Notes: generated from the sequence alone by a model not told the origin. Shown: positions 13,541-24,797, numbered from the stretch's first letter. The stretch is 64,000 nt of DNA from Hydrolagus colliei (GCA_035084275.1 CM068755.1:10478001-10542000), one strand, 5' to 3'. Translations and numbers: made by a program.

Positions 13541-13572
13541 TGTAATATAATAGAAAGTCCACTAGGTGGCTT
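13541..13572 (+). promoter_or_regulatory. Candidate CTCF site in the CERS3-ADAMTS17 intergenic region
   Basis: CCACTAGGTGGC core at 13559-13570, with a TGTAATA element 18 nt before the core start. Motif match only. Confidence 0.4.
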
Positions 13573-14384
13573 CAACACTTAGCCTGTTGATTATTTGGCA
13601 GTAACTCACCCTGTTGTTGATCTATCAAATCTCTGAGTGTAAGTAAGTACTGTTGCAAACGCAAATTCTACTCAAATGTATGTGGGCGATTTGACATCTG
13701 GTTAAAGAGACTTTTTCAGTACTTCAAATTTTCTCAGATTCTACAATATACTTCGAGGCATATCTGTTTTTACAAGCACTCCGAAGTGTCAAAGTGATTG
13801 CAATAGGATCGAATTGAAGCAGTGACCTACAATGTACATTAATAAAGCAAACATTACTGTGAAAATGTCTACATTGCATTATTGATATCCGGAGAGGATA
13901 TATATGAAAGATTGCATACCCCCAAATTCACAGTCTGTTAATCATAGCATTCCATAACATAGAGGTTGACTGTTTTGAAGATTGGAACAGAGCTTTTCTG
14001 GAACGACATACAAGTTGAACGACTCACATAATCTTTCCCATTGGAGTTTGGAATTCACAGGGTTCTCAATGCACCTCATGTTTCACAAAAGACTCCCAGC
14101 CATGAGGTAATGTCATTTCACAGACTCATCTTACCATGTAAGGTATAGTATTACCATTCCCAAAACATTCAAGAACTAATGACATAATTGTGGTTACAAT
14201 GCTTAAAGCATGTTTCTCATGAATGGATTATCTGGTGTGGTTCTGCTTTTACATTCACATGGGTCATTGGGGCCAACCACGAGTTCTGTTTGCTATTTAA
14301 CTACAGTTTGGTGAGATCTAAATTGCAAGATTCACAAAAGATTTGTAAATAGGGAATCCTGTACATAACCAGATAAATGTGTCT

Positions 14385-14800
14385 CAACAACAACAACTTT
14401 GATTTATATAGCGCCCTCCATGCCGTCTCAGAGCGCTTAGGTGTCTCAGAGCATCTCAGCGTCTCTGAGCGTCTCAAAGTGCTCCAAAATCCTTGGGGAT
14501 TGTGGCCTCAAAGCCTGGCAGGAGTGGAGTTCCAGATTCCATGCCTACAAATGCTTTTGAAAATCTCGCAACTTTGATCTCCAGTGTGTTCTGAGTGACA
14601 CTTCTTGTAAATGACACATTGGTAAATACTAATATATAATAATAATAATCCTTGCATCTGATAGGGTACATTATCATGTCTCAAAGCACTTCACTGAATA
14701 TACTGTAATGTGACTTGACGTATATTTTGTGGGTGAAACGAGGCAGCCAGTTGTGCACAACAGTGTCCCACAAACAGTTGTGGATGATGAAGTAATCAAT
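14385..14800 (-). mobile_element. L2 3' tail fragment (14385-~14590) followed by a truncated SINE (14636-14800)
   Basis: (CAA)n-ctttgatttatatagcgccctcca matches the 12166 L2 tail, followed by aataatccttgcatctgatag...cagtgtcccacaaacag from the SINE body. Confidence 0.8.
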
Positions 14801-15157
14801 TAATTTTTTTTACAAAACCTATTAATAAATGGCTCAGTAAATCCCAAAGCTGGGATAAAACATTTTAGGACAATTGCAAGAACCGTTGTCCAAATGACCT
14901 AAATGGACAGGCATTTTGATTGTTGGGTAAACTCAAAGCTAAGGATGAAAAACCCTTTACTAAACAGATGGCAATAGAATAAGCAACTGGTTTGTTTAGC
15001 TGGACAATCGTGCAGTCTGTGTTCACATGAATGTGTGAGTACAAGTAGTGCTAATAATGCTGAGGATCAGAGTAGCATGCCCATCCTATCGACAATTTTG
15101 CTGAAAATACTGAGGGTAAGGCCATAGAATTACATCAAAGCTTTGTGGTGGAACAAA

Positions 15158-15238
15158 TTGTACATGGTCTGTGTTGTCATCGAACAAATGTTCTCTTTTG
15201 TACATGGTCTCTGTTATCATCGAGGCAAATGTTCTCTT
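15158..15238. repeat. Tandem duplication, ~40-bp unit x2
   Basis: ttgtacatggtctgtgttgtcatcgaacaaatgttctctt followed by ttgtacatggtctctgttatcatcgaggcaaatgttctctt. Confidence 0.85.
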
Positions 15239-18200
15239 CTCATTCTGTGCTTTTCTATATTCCTACTGCATTTACGGTTGTGAATGGCATTTACAGCCTC
15301 CATCTTTTACTTTTATTGTTCCAGAATCTGGTAAGAATCCCATGGAGGGGTACAAAATGCATCTTCAGACTTCTCGATAACTTCACAATTACTAAATTGC
15401 CATTTCAAAGAGGTTAAACATCTGATTAGTTTTAAAATATTCTCTAATACTAGTTATTGTTATTTGTTAAAGTAAAAATGTTTTCATAGGGTTCACAATT
15501 TAAAATGTATCATATGATGTTTTCAATTCTGAGGCATTAGTTTGGCTTCACAGCAATAAGGTAGCAAATAATCCCAAGCAAATTGCTTTTTCATTCCAGT
15601 TTGTGTTTGATGTACTGTATGTCCACATGTTAACAATGACCACATCCTCTGCAACTTATTTTGCAAATTGCTGATCACAACATGCTGTATATACAGTAGC
15701 AAAGTGTTACAATTTTACCAATCATAAGTCTAGGCTTTCATCCCCATTCTAAAAACTCTGTTCATACACGTATAACAAAGACACAGTTATATATAACGAC
15801 TAGCTGCCCTATGTGAATCCCCTGGTAGCTACTAAGATCAGTAGTATTTTGTAAAAAAATATTTTCAGTATCTTAGAGATATGCCACAGTGAAACATTTA
15901 GCCATTTAATTCGGATATTGCTGGATTTCTTCCAAGAAAGTAAGAGACTAAATCATTCCAAGTACAGATCTGATGGAAGGTTGGTTGGGTTTAGAGCCAT
16001 GTGGAGTAAGAAGGAAACTCAGAGACACAGTGAAGCCTTAACTATACTTAAAGATGAACTGCTTACAGATTGATTCTGTAATCATAGTACAAACCCACTT
16101 ATTGCTGTGTCAAACAATTCAATTATTCTCCTGCCCATTGGAAGAGCTGTTTTCTATGTTCTTCTGAAGGAAGCACATACAAAACACACTTGAAGCAAAC
16201 ATTTGAGCTCCCTGGGTTATTGGTGTTGAAAGCAATGTTTATTAGTTATACCACTGAAATCTAGTTTGCAATAGACTGAAGAGCATAGTGACATCAAAAC
16301 AACTGAGCAAGAACATTCCAAATGAAAACCTAACAACAAATTTTTTGTTGATTGGCGTATCACTTTCTGAGGGTAATAATAATAAATTAAAATTACATTA
16401 ATATAGCGCCTTTCATGTCGGGAGGACGCCCGCAGAACAGTCAGGTAGGGATCAGAGCAGGGTCAGGGTAGGGGGAAGGAGAGTAGGAAAATTGATTGTA
16501 TATTTGTGGGCAGAACGTAGCAGCCAAATGGCACACAACAGTGTCCCACAAACAGTCGTGGAAGTGGGGTTAGGGGAGAAAGGGGGGAAAGAGGGTAAGG
16601 CGAGGGGTCGGGGGAGGGGGAAGGAGAGCACCTCACCCTCCAAAATCATCTAAAATTTAAACTATAATAATCCTGCATTTAATACGGTACTGCAACGTGT
16701 CTCAAAATGCCAAACTAAAGCAAATTGACTGTATATTTTGTGGTCGAAACTATCTTGCATTGAGACTCCGAATAAAGCTTGTTAACTGGAGGGGTTATTT
16801 GCCTCTACCATTCTTCCCACTTAAATTTTTTTGGGGTAAAAGGAAAGTTAAAATATATTTGTCTCCGAAATGCTAATTAATAGCAATAAAAATAAACTTG
16901 AAAGTTCTTATCTCGCTCCAACTTCAATGGACTTGTTTCAAGAAAAGAGTCGAACAACAAACAAAGTCACTTTTAAGCTATTGACTTTAAATTCGGAGAA
17001 TATTATTCTTGGATTTGAGAGCAATCCTGAAAAGATTATTTTATTTTATCAGATCCTCAGCCACAAGTGTGATTGGTTTAGTTTGTGTTTTTACCGGGTT
17101 ACTAGATAGGATCTTTGCAGAATGCTTTGCAATAATTTTCTGGAAATAATATCACAGTGAAGTCTATGGTACCCTACTACTGCCTAGCATGGATTTCCTG
17201 TTTGTAGGTGACATTGTTTGTCATGCTATCATAAAGGACTTTAACAACTCCACTTGAAAGTCAATATATATGGTATTCATTATATATATTCATTAACTCA
17301 GCTACATCTATTACTTTCATTACATTCTCGAAGATGTCTATTACGTTTGGTAGATATGACCTACCTTTCATGATCCTGATTTTTTAGACTTTCGAAGCAA
17401 TGTTTTCAATCATGATATTTGTTTGAAGAACTCAAAGCAGACACTTTTTGCAACACGTGAGAATAAAGCTGGCTCACAGATACTAGCACAACCGTTTTCA
17501 TGGTTTAAACTAAAGTGCAAATGATTTCAATGGGCTAGTTTGAGGTTTATAATAAAGTTTTATAAGTGCCCCGAGGGAAAGATAATGTGAACAGATGTAT
17601 TAGCATTTCTTCAGGGAACATTTTTTACAAGTTTCCAAATGCGCTGTGACTTTCAACATTTCAGCTGTAAGAATTTGTGTTCCAGCAGAGATTAGTGTTC
17701 TCCTTCGCTGAAGGGAGCTCTCATAACCCATCCAACTAGCTGATGCTATGCTCCTGGCTACCACTAGAGAGTGTAGGGGGGTTGAAGGGACAAGTCTAAA
17801 CTTTCTAGGAAAAATACTACTACAGTATAAAGTGTAGGGGAAATAAGAGTCAATCCTCTGTAGCAGTCATTGTAGTCCAGTTCCTGAACCAGGCAGGCAC
17901 ACAGTGATCCAGGGCACTGTTGATGATAGACAACCAGTCTGGCTCATTGGCAAGACTTTGAGGGGCAGACCAATCACTGGGTGCGGAGTTCTTCCCACTT
18001 GGAACAAACATGCAAGTTAAATTCCCAATGTCTGGCATGATCCCAGCTGGACAAGCAATGCAAAGCTTGCCGAACAGTGAGTTCAATGCACGCTATACCG
18101 CTTTAGCTGGTTAAATTCCAGCAATACTGAAACACACAAACTGGGGTCCCCAAGCTTTGGCTCTTGCCAACCAGCACCTTTTATTCTTTGAATTAAGTAG

Positions 18201-20019
18201 GTGCATCCCTTTGGGGAGAGAGAGTGCATTCCATTTCCAGACGTGGAAATATCCATGTGTAGCTAGTATAAATGGGACACTGTCTGGTTTGGAAACCTGT
18301 AAGCACGGATTTCCGTGTGTGTCAGATATTTTTTGACTGAAGATAAATATGAACAATAGATGTTTTGACTAATTATTTTAAGATCCTCCAAGTATAATTG
18401 TTACTTAAGTTACTTACTTAATCATGTCTAAGTGCATCCAAAAGATTTTTCTAATGTTGTAACTAAATATAAATGAACTTCATTTCTCTCGCTTTAGTAA
18501 CACACTAAATGTTTGCTTTCACTGTGAATATGATTTATGTTCCCAGGTTTTAATCCAGTTGTTGAACTCCTGTGATAATGGGTCAGTGTTAAATTCCATG
18601 AGCTCTGATATTTCACTCATGCAACAGCTGTCAATTATCTACTTACACTGATACACTACATCTTCAGATTCAAGAACTCAAGAGACATCATGTGCCTTGC
18701 ATTGATGGAAAGACAACTTAATCAGCTTGCCCTGACAGTATTGGCAACGATTTCTGCTACCTGGAAATGCTCCAAAATGTGCCTGCATTATGCCAACTAT
18801 ATCATTGTGTCATCACCGTGCCAAAACTGACAAGATGTCCCTTCTGGTTCATTTCAATAAACCTCTTTAAACATTTTCATTAGGTATTCGACAGTTTGTC
18901 TTTGTGGAATCCGGAGAATACACATAGCAAAAATAAAAGTGAAATCATAAGATTGGGAACTTTAACATGCAATCCCTTTTCCATTAAAATATGTGGAAAA
19001 ATTCTGTTTATATCATGCAATGAGTTTTCCAGACAGTCTGATATACTGATGTATTGCAAGAACAAGTTCATTGAAAACTTGGCTGGAGCATGTATATGTT
19101 TGCAGTCGTGGTCTCAAGGTGTGGGATGGTGTACTGTACATTCTTTTTGCACCCAGTGAATTGATCAAGGATTCAAAGTCCTCCTTTCTATCCTTTTGCT
19201 CTCTGCCCCCAATGCAATGTTTTGGTATTTCTATTTGATCAATGTTGCAGTCAAATCTGATGTGGAAACCACCTCGATTCAGCAACCACCCCTTGTTAAC
19301 AAGCACCTGGAATAGCCCAGGCAGGTTTTCCATAGTATGTCACCTCTTTTCTGCAACCACCTGTCTAATCAACCGGTGGCCATTCTTTGTTAGTCCTTCT
19401 ACACCCTGTGCCTTTGGGCTGATAACCGTTTCGGAGGCCAAGCTTTCTGAGAAACACAGTCAGAAAATACCAAGTGCCTACCAGAAACCAATTATGGATC
19501 TTTAGGAAACAGTACAGGCTTGTGATTATGATTCAATTATTATTTGTAATTATGTTTAATATTTAATGTATTTATTAAAAATTATTAACATTCATATGTT
19601 CACTTTTTTAAAGTATTCAGAAATTCTGCATACACAAACAAACCCTTACTCAGAGGCGCCTTATATAAAGTCCACGTTGGCGTAGTTCCCTGAGAAGTTG
19701 TTGAAGATAGGCTTGTCTATCTGTGATGATTCCTACTCTTGTTTCCCCCTGTGTTTCCAATATATTGTTTCACAAGATCTTCTTCCTCCCTGCATTGAAA
19801 TGGAATATCTTTTTATAACTCTGAAACATTCCTTCATAGGACGCTTTCAATCTTTCAGTTTCCCCCAACTCCCCCAATTTAGTCTTCAAGGTTTGTGCAT
19901 GGCAGCATCAAACCATTTCTAGGTTTGCGTCTTTTTAACCTTTAATGCAGTATGGTTTCCCACTACAGAAACTGCGGCTGGAGTTAAATAAATAACATGG
20001 TCACTTAATTCAAGACTGT

Positions 20020-20995
20020 CTGTGCAACACTGCTGTATCTAATTGGATGCCGTATTTCGCCAGTCGATTCACTTTACAGTGTATTCTGTGAAGCACTCTG
20101 ATATGCCTTTAAGACGTGATAAGGAGCTATATCAAATGCAAGGGTTATCATTATTTTTAGAGCATTCCTCACTACTTTGGCAGACTTTGCACAGGCTTCC
20201 TTTATAATACAGGCAATGTGCTTCAATGCTTTGTAAAAGCACCTCTCAACAGTCACAAATAACTACAGACACAAATGTCAGTCCCACGCATTCATGTGAT
20301 TTTATTATCTTTTTTGGCATTTGAATATGCTCAAGAGGATGTGCATCAATGTCAATATTGAAGTGAAATGGGAGCAATAAATTCCGGAAATAGTCTGTAT
20401 GATTAGTAAAGAAAGGTGCTTAAAGCAGTGCAGAGTTTGCTCCCACTCTCATTCAATGCATGAATAAAGCACCATACTAACACGTTCTCAAATATTATAA
20501 AATATATTTTAAATGATCAAACAAAAACAATAATTGGTCATTTCAATCCACAACTGTTTGTGGCACACTGTTGTGCACAATTGGCGCCGTGTTTCACCCA
20601 CAAATATACAGTCACTTCACTTTACAGTATATTCTGTGGACATTAAAACTCATGTGATCCTTTTCAAAATGAGAATGTTGTTTCCCTCTGTGTCCTGACC
20701 AGACATCTCCCAGATGGTTTTTTTGGGGGGAAAAAAAGTGACCATTCATTTCATTGTTAATTGTGGGACATTGATTGCTCTGTGCAAATTGCTGCGTTCG
20801 CCTAAAAAATACAGTCGCTGAAATTAACTGAAAACTGCGTGAAGCACCTTGTTGAGCCAGTATATCAAACACAAGGGTTATTTACGTTTACAAGCACTAC
20901 GGTTTTCCATACACTGCTCACTGCTCCAGCGCCTTGGGACGTTCTCCCGACTTGAAAGGCACAATCCAAATGTAATTTTGTTGTTGTTGTTGTTA
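20020..20995 (+). mobile_element. Cluster of SINE/L2 3' fragments (~20020-20155, 20520-20640, 20925-20995)
   Basis: The first two match the SINE core or tail; the third has the ccagcgccttgggacg...gaaaggc...(ttg)n L2-type tail. All on the + strand. Confidence 0.75.
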
Positions 20996-21016
20996 TTGTA
21001 AGTGACCAATAAGATG

Positions 21017-21336
21017 GGAGTTCCGTAGCTCAGTGGTTAGAGCACTTGCCTTGCAAACAAGAGACCTGGGTTCGATCTCCGGGGAGCGCGAAAGCTGAGG
21101 CGAGTTTCCTTACTCAACGTGACTGATAATAATCCCTCAAAGAGAAACCCCCCCCCCAATAATAAATTGAGTCATTTCAATCTACGACTGTTTGTGGAAC
21201 ACTGCTGTGCGCAATTGACTGCCGTGTTTGGCACACAAATACACAGTCAATTCACTTTACAGTATATTCTGTGAAGCGCTTTGAGATGTCTAGAAGATGT
21301 GAAAAGCGCTATATCAAATGCAAGGATTATTATTAT
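21017..21336 (+). mobile_element. Full-length tRNA-headed Deu-type SINE
   Basis: A box TAGCTCAGTGG, B-box-like GGTTCGATCTCC, core ctgctgtgcgcaattgactgcc, tail gtgaagcgctttgagatgtc...gcgctatatcaaatgcaaggattattattat. A second, truncated copy follows at ~21413-21610. Confidence 0.9.
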
Positions 21337-21629
21337 AGACGTGAAAAGCGCTGCATTCGAATGCATTGTTACTGTTATTAATATTGTATGGCAAGTTTAC
21401 TTACTTAATGTATAATAATAATCCCTGAAGAATAAAACAATAATAAATTGGTCATTTCAACCCACGACTTCTTTTGCGGGACACCGCTGTGCGCAATCGG
21501 CTGCCGCGTTTCGCCCACAAACTATTCACTTTACACCCTATTCTGTGAAGTGCTTTGAGGCGTCTGGAGGTTGGTGGTGAAAGAAGGGCTCCCATCAAAA
21601 ATACGAGCATTTGTGAGTGCAAGTGTGTG

Positions 21630-21810
21630 AGACACCGGCCAATGACCAGAGCCCAATGTATCTGGTCTCATTGACTGAGCTGAGCGGCTGCCAATAGGAA
21701 CAGCAGCCGCTGGTAACAGGTCCGGATTTGGGGGGGGGAACCCAATGGATACATCAGCCACCAATGAGAGGGGAAGGGAGGGAGGGAAGGAAGGCAGGGC
21801 TGTGCTATCA
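21630..21810 (+). promoter_or_regulatory. Putative ADAMTS17 proximal promoter with five CCAAT boxes
   Basis: CCAAT at 21639, 21653, 21691, 21742 and 21761, followed by a GGA/GGG-rich stretch, 220-400 bp upstream of the ATG. Lies at the start of a visibly CpG-richer zone (~21400-25800). Confidence 0.6.
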
Positions 21811-22028
21811 GGTTAGGCTCTTTGCCGGTTCACCTTCATTTCCCACCAAGTTTGGAGTCGCTGACTGAGCCTCCTGCAAGAGAGAGTGGGAGAGACACGC
21901 ACACACACACACAGAGAGAGAGACAGAGAGAAGAGAAAGGGGATCTGGTTTGCTGCTCCTCTTCTGGCTGATGGGGATTGCACAGACACACACACACACA
22001 CATATACACAGATACACACAGAGCAAAA

Positions 22029-22101
22029 ATGTTTGACAGCTCGGTTGCACACTTTGTAACCTGTGTTTGTCTCTTGTACTTGCAATGGGATTTCACTCCA
22101 G
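22029..22101 (+). CDS. ADAMTS17: ADAMTS17 exon 1 (signal peptide MFDSSVAHFVTCVCLLYLQWDFTP)
   Basis: aaaATG context, hydrophobic core, W..P end like human MCDG...LVWGLDP; donor CCAG|gtagct; phase 1 joins exon 2 in frame. Confidence 0.8.
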
Positions 22102-22616
22102 GTAGCTTAGCTTCTTGTTCTTATTCTTATTCGATTGACTTTATGATGCGCAGAAGCAGAAGCAAAAGTAACATTTTTTTTTCCCCAAAAAAAAATACTG
22201 AAAAGAAAGTTTTCCCCAAAAAAACTTGTTGAGAGGAACAGGAGTTTGGCTGCACACTTCACAGTTTCCATTTCACTGGACGTGACTTTCTAAGAAACCT
22301 CGAAGGACTCAGTCAGTGATCAAGTTAGATGTGTGTGTCTGTGTGTGTAGAGAGAGAGGGAGAGGGGGGGTGGGGGGGGGGGGGGGGGGTCGTTTTGTGA
22401 TCGCTGTTATAATCAGTTTGTGAAACTACTGTAAACCGTTCTCTTTATTTTTTCTTGTGCTTCTTTCGGACGCGGAAATTAAGTTACTTTTTTTTATGTC
22501 CCCCCCTCTCCCCCACCCACCCCCACCCACACACTCCCCACTTTCTCTCTCTCTCTCTCACCCTCCTCTCCCCCCCCCCCCCCTCCCCCCAAAACAACAA
22601 CAACAACAACAACTAG

Positions 22617-23044
22617 TTGACGCCGAAAAGGAGTTTGAAGTGACTGTCCCGAGGAGGGTTTATAAAGATGAAGTCCACCTCTTTACAGAGCTGCCTCGAC
22701 AGGGGGGATTGGGGGGTCACCAGCACCGGGGAAGGCGGTCTCCCCGGGCAGGTGATCGAGATGCTGAGGATGAAGATGTGGATGAGGTCGAGGAGCCCAG
22801 GACTCGGGGAGACACCGGCAGGAACGGTCAGATGTATCTGCTGGTGCCGGCGTTCGGGAGGGAGCTGTGTTTATCTCTGAGACGCGACCTGAGGTTCCTG
22901 TCGGATGACTTCACTGTGGAAGATCAAGGCCATGAGCACAGGGTCCCCCGTCTGATTGGGCCCCAGGAATCCTGCTTTTACACTGGCCACGTCCTCAACC
23001 ACCAGAACCGCTCGTCCGCATCCCTCAACACGTGCAATGGGCTG
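22617..23044 (+). CDS. ADAMTS17: ADAMTS17 exon 2 (prodomain)
   Basis: VDAEKEFEVTVPRRV..DEVHL...PAFGRELCLSLRRDLRFLSDDFTVE...CFYTGHVL...SLNTCNGL matches ADAMTS17 PAFGRDLYLQLRRDLRFLS...CFYSGRVL. Borders ctag| and CTG|gttggt. Confidence 0.92.
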
Positions 23045-24687
23045 GTTGGTACCACATTTATTATTACAGCTGCAGTTTCTCTCTCTTTTAAATTATTTAT
23101 ATATATATATATATATATCTAGAGGGGGGGAAAAATCCCCTTCGGTAATTAAAACGTTTCACACTGCACACACACACACACAGACAAACACACACAGACA
23201 CAACCATTCTGGATCTGAAAAGTATAGCTTTTTAAATGATATTTTAAAACACGACGTTGCTGGATGCTTTTGCTTGCTCGGAATGAAGTTGCACAGATAC
23301 ATCTTTTGTCTTTATTTTGCATCTTGACGTTTCACCCTTTTGAAGGACATTTGCCAAATGTGTGTTTTGATTAACCCACCAACCCAGCCATCCACCCACC
23401 CATCAATCGGTCGTTCCACCTCATTAGGAGACGATATTAAAGCCGTGTCAATAATAACGTGTGTGAATGTCTGTGCGATTCTAGATTGTAACGAATGCAA
23501 TAAATACCCCCCAAACTTCGAGCTTTTTAAAAAAAAAATGACCGAGAGGGCTACAGTCACTACAACAGACTCAATGCGTCGCAATGAACGTTTCTCCTTA
23601 AACGCCAAGTCATTTCTAAAGCAGGAAAATCTCGCCTTAATATATATCCTGTTGCGTCTTGCTTGAAGAGAGAGCCTGGCTGGGCTGACTTTGCCCAGGC
23701 AGTAAGTACACTGACTTCCACGAAGTGAGAGGGATTGAGTTGACAATTTTTTTTGCGTGAGCTTTTAACAAGTGGGTTCAAATCCTAGCGGGGACGGTGG
23801 GGATCGTTCAGGCAAACTGTTTCCCTAGATTCCCCAAAGAGACCGTTTTTTTTGTCTCTCGAAAGTGAAGTGTCTTTTGTAACTGGAGTTTTTGATTCCA
23901 CTTGCTGGCCGATAACTGTGGCATTTGCGGATACACATGTATCCCAGAGCCAAAAAAATGATTCCTCCCCCCCCCCACCCCACCTCCCACCCAGCCTCCC
24001 TGCTGGCTTTAAATTTAGCGTTAAAAAATTTTTTTGGGAAAGATATCACAATTTGGGCATCCATAGCCAATCGTGATTGTGACTAAACCATTATTGTCTG
24101 AAGGATAGATTAAAAAATTGGGTTGTATTTGCCTGTGTGTGTTTGTACGTGTGTGTGTGTGCGGGCGTATACAGTACTGTATATATTTATATATATTACT
24201 GTATATATATGTAATCGTTGCGTTTGATATAGCGCCTTATCACGTCTTCGAGATGTCTTAATGCGTTTCATATATCGATACAAATATGTGTGTGTGTGTG
24301 TCTACGACATATAAGATATCTATATAGAGGCAGAATAAGCACTGCATTAGGATTTATTGTATGAGCTGCCAATTCTAATTGGTGACCGCGATGGTGCATT
24401 GGATCAGGTGCATAAAACCAGGAAAACCTCACATCTGAGTTGGCAGCAGAAACCAACCAAACTGAATGGGTCTCAGTCAGGTCAGCTGGAATCATTGGCA
24501 GAACTCGCCTTGATCTCCCTGACCCCCACCCCCCCCTCCTACCACCACCATGTTCTGCTTCTGAGCCAAGTTCTCATGTGACCCAATGGGGTGAATGACC
24601 ATGTACATGGACAGTTTGAGACTTGGCTTTTTTTTAAAGTATGTTTTTTTAAAAAAAAGTGAGTACAACCCCCAGTCATCACAGCAA

Positions 24688-24797
24688 GAGGGCGAGTGAG
24701 TGAGTGAGTGAGCGGGCGAGTGAGCGAGTGAGTGAGCGGGTGGGTGAGTGAGTGGGTGGGTTAATGAGTGAGTGGGTGAGTGAGTGAGCGGGGGGGG
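24688..24797 (+). repeat. (GAGT/GAGC/GGGT)n tetranucleotide microsatellite in intron 2
   Basis: Direct reading: gagtgagtgagtgagtgagcgggcgagtgagcgagtgagtgagcgggtgggtgagtgagt... Confidence 0.9.

Noticed and set aside
21017-21090. tRNA-like sequence with A/B boxes
   Set aside because: It is the head of a multi-copy SINE; no proper acceptor stem, and it continues into the SINE core.
21808-22096. Overlapping minus-strand ORFs rich in CVCV
   Set aside because: Translations of (CA)n and (GA)n microsatellites.
22457-22616. Poly-Pro/poly-Gln N-terminus of the 221-aa ORF
   Set aside because: Translation of intron 1 poly-C and (CAA)n from a non-ATG start; the real N-terminus is exon 1 at 22029.
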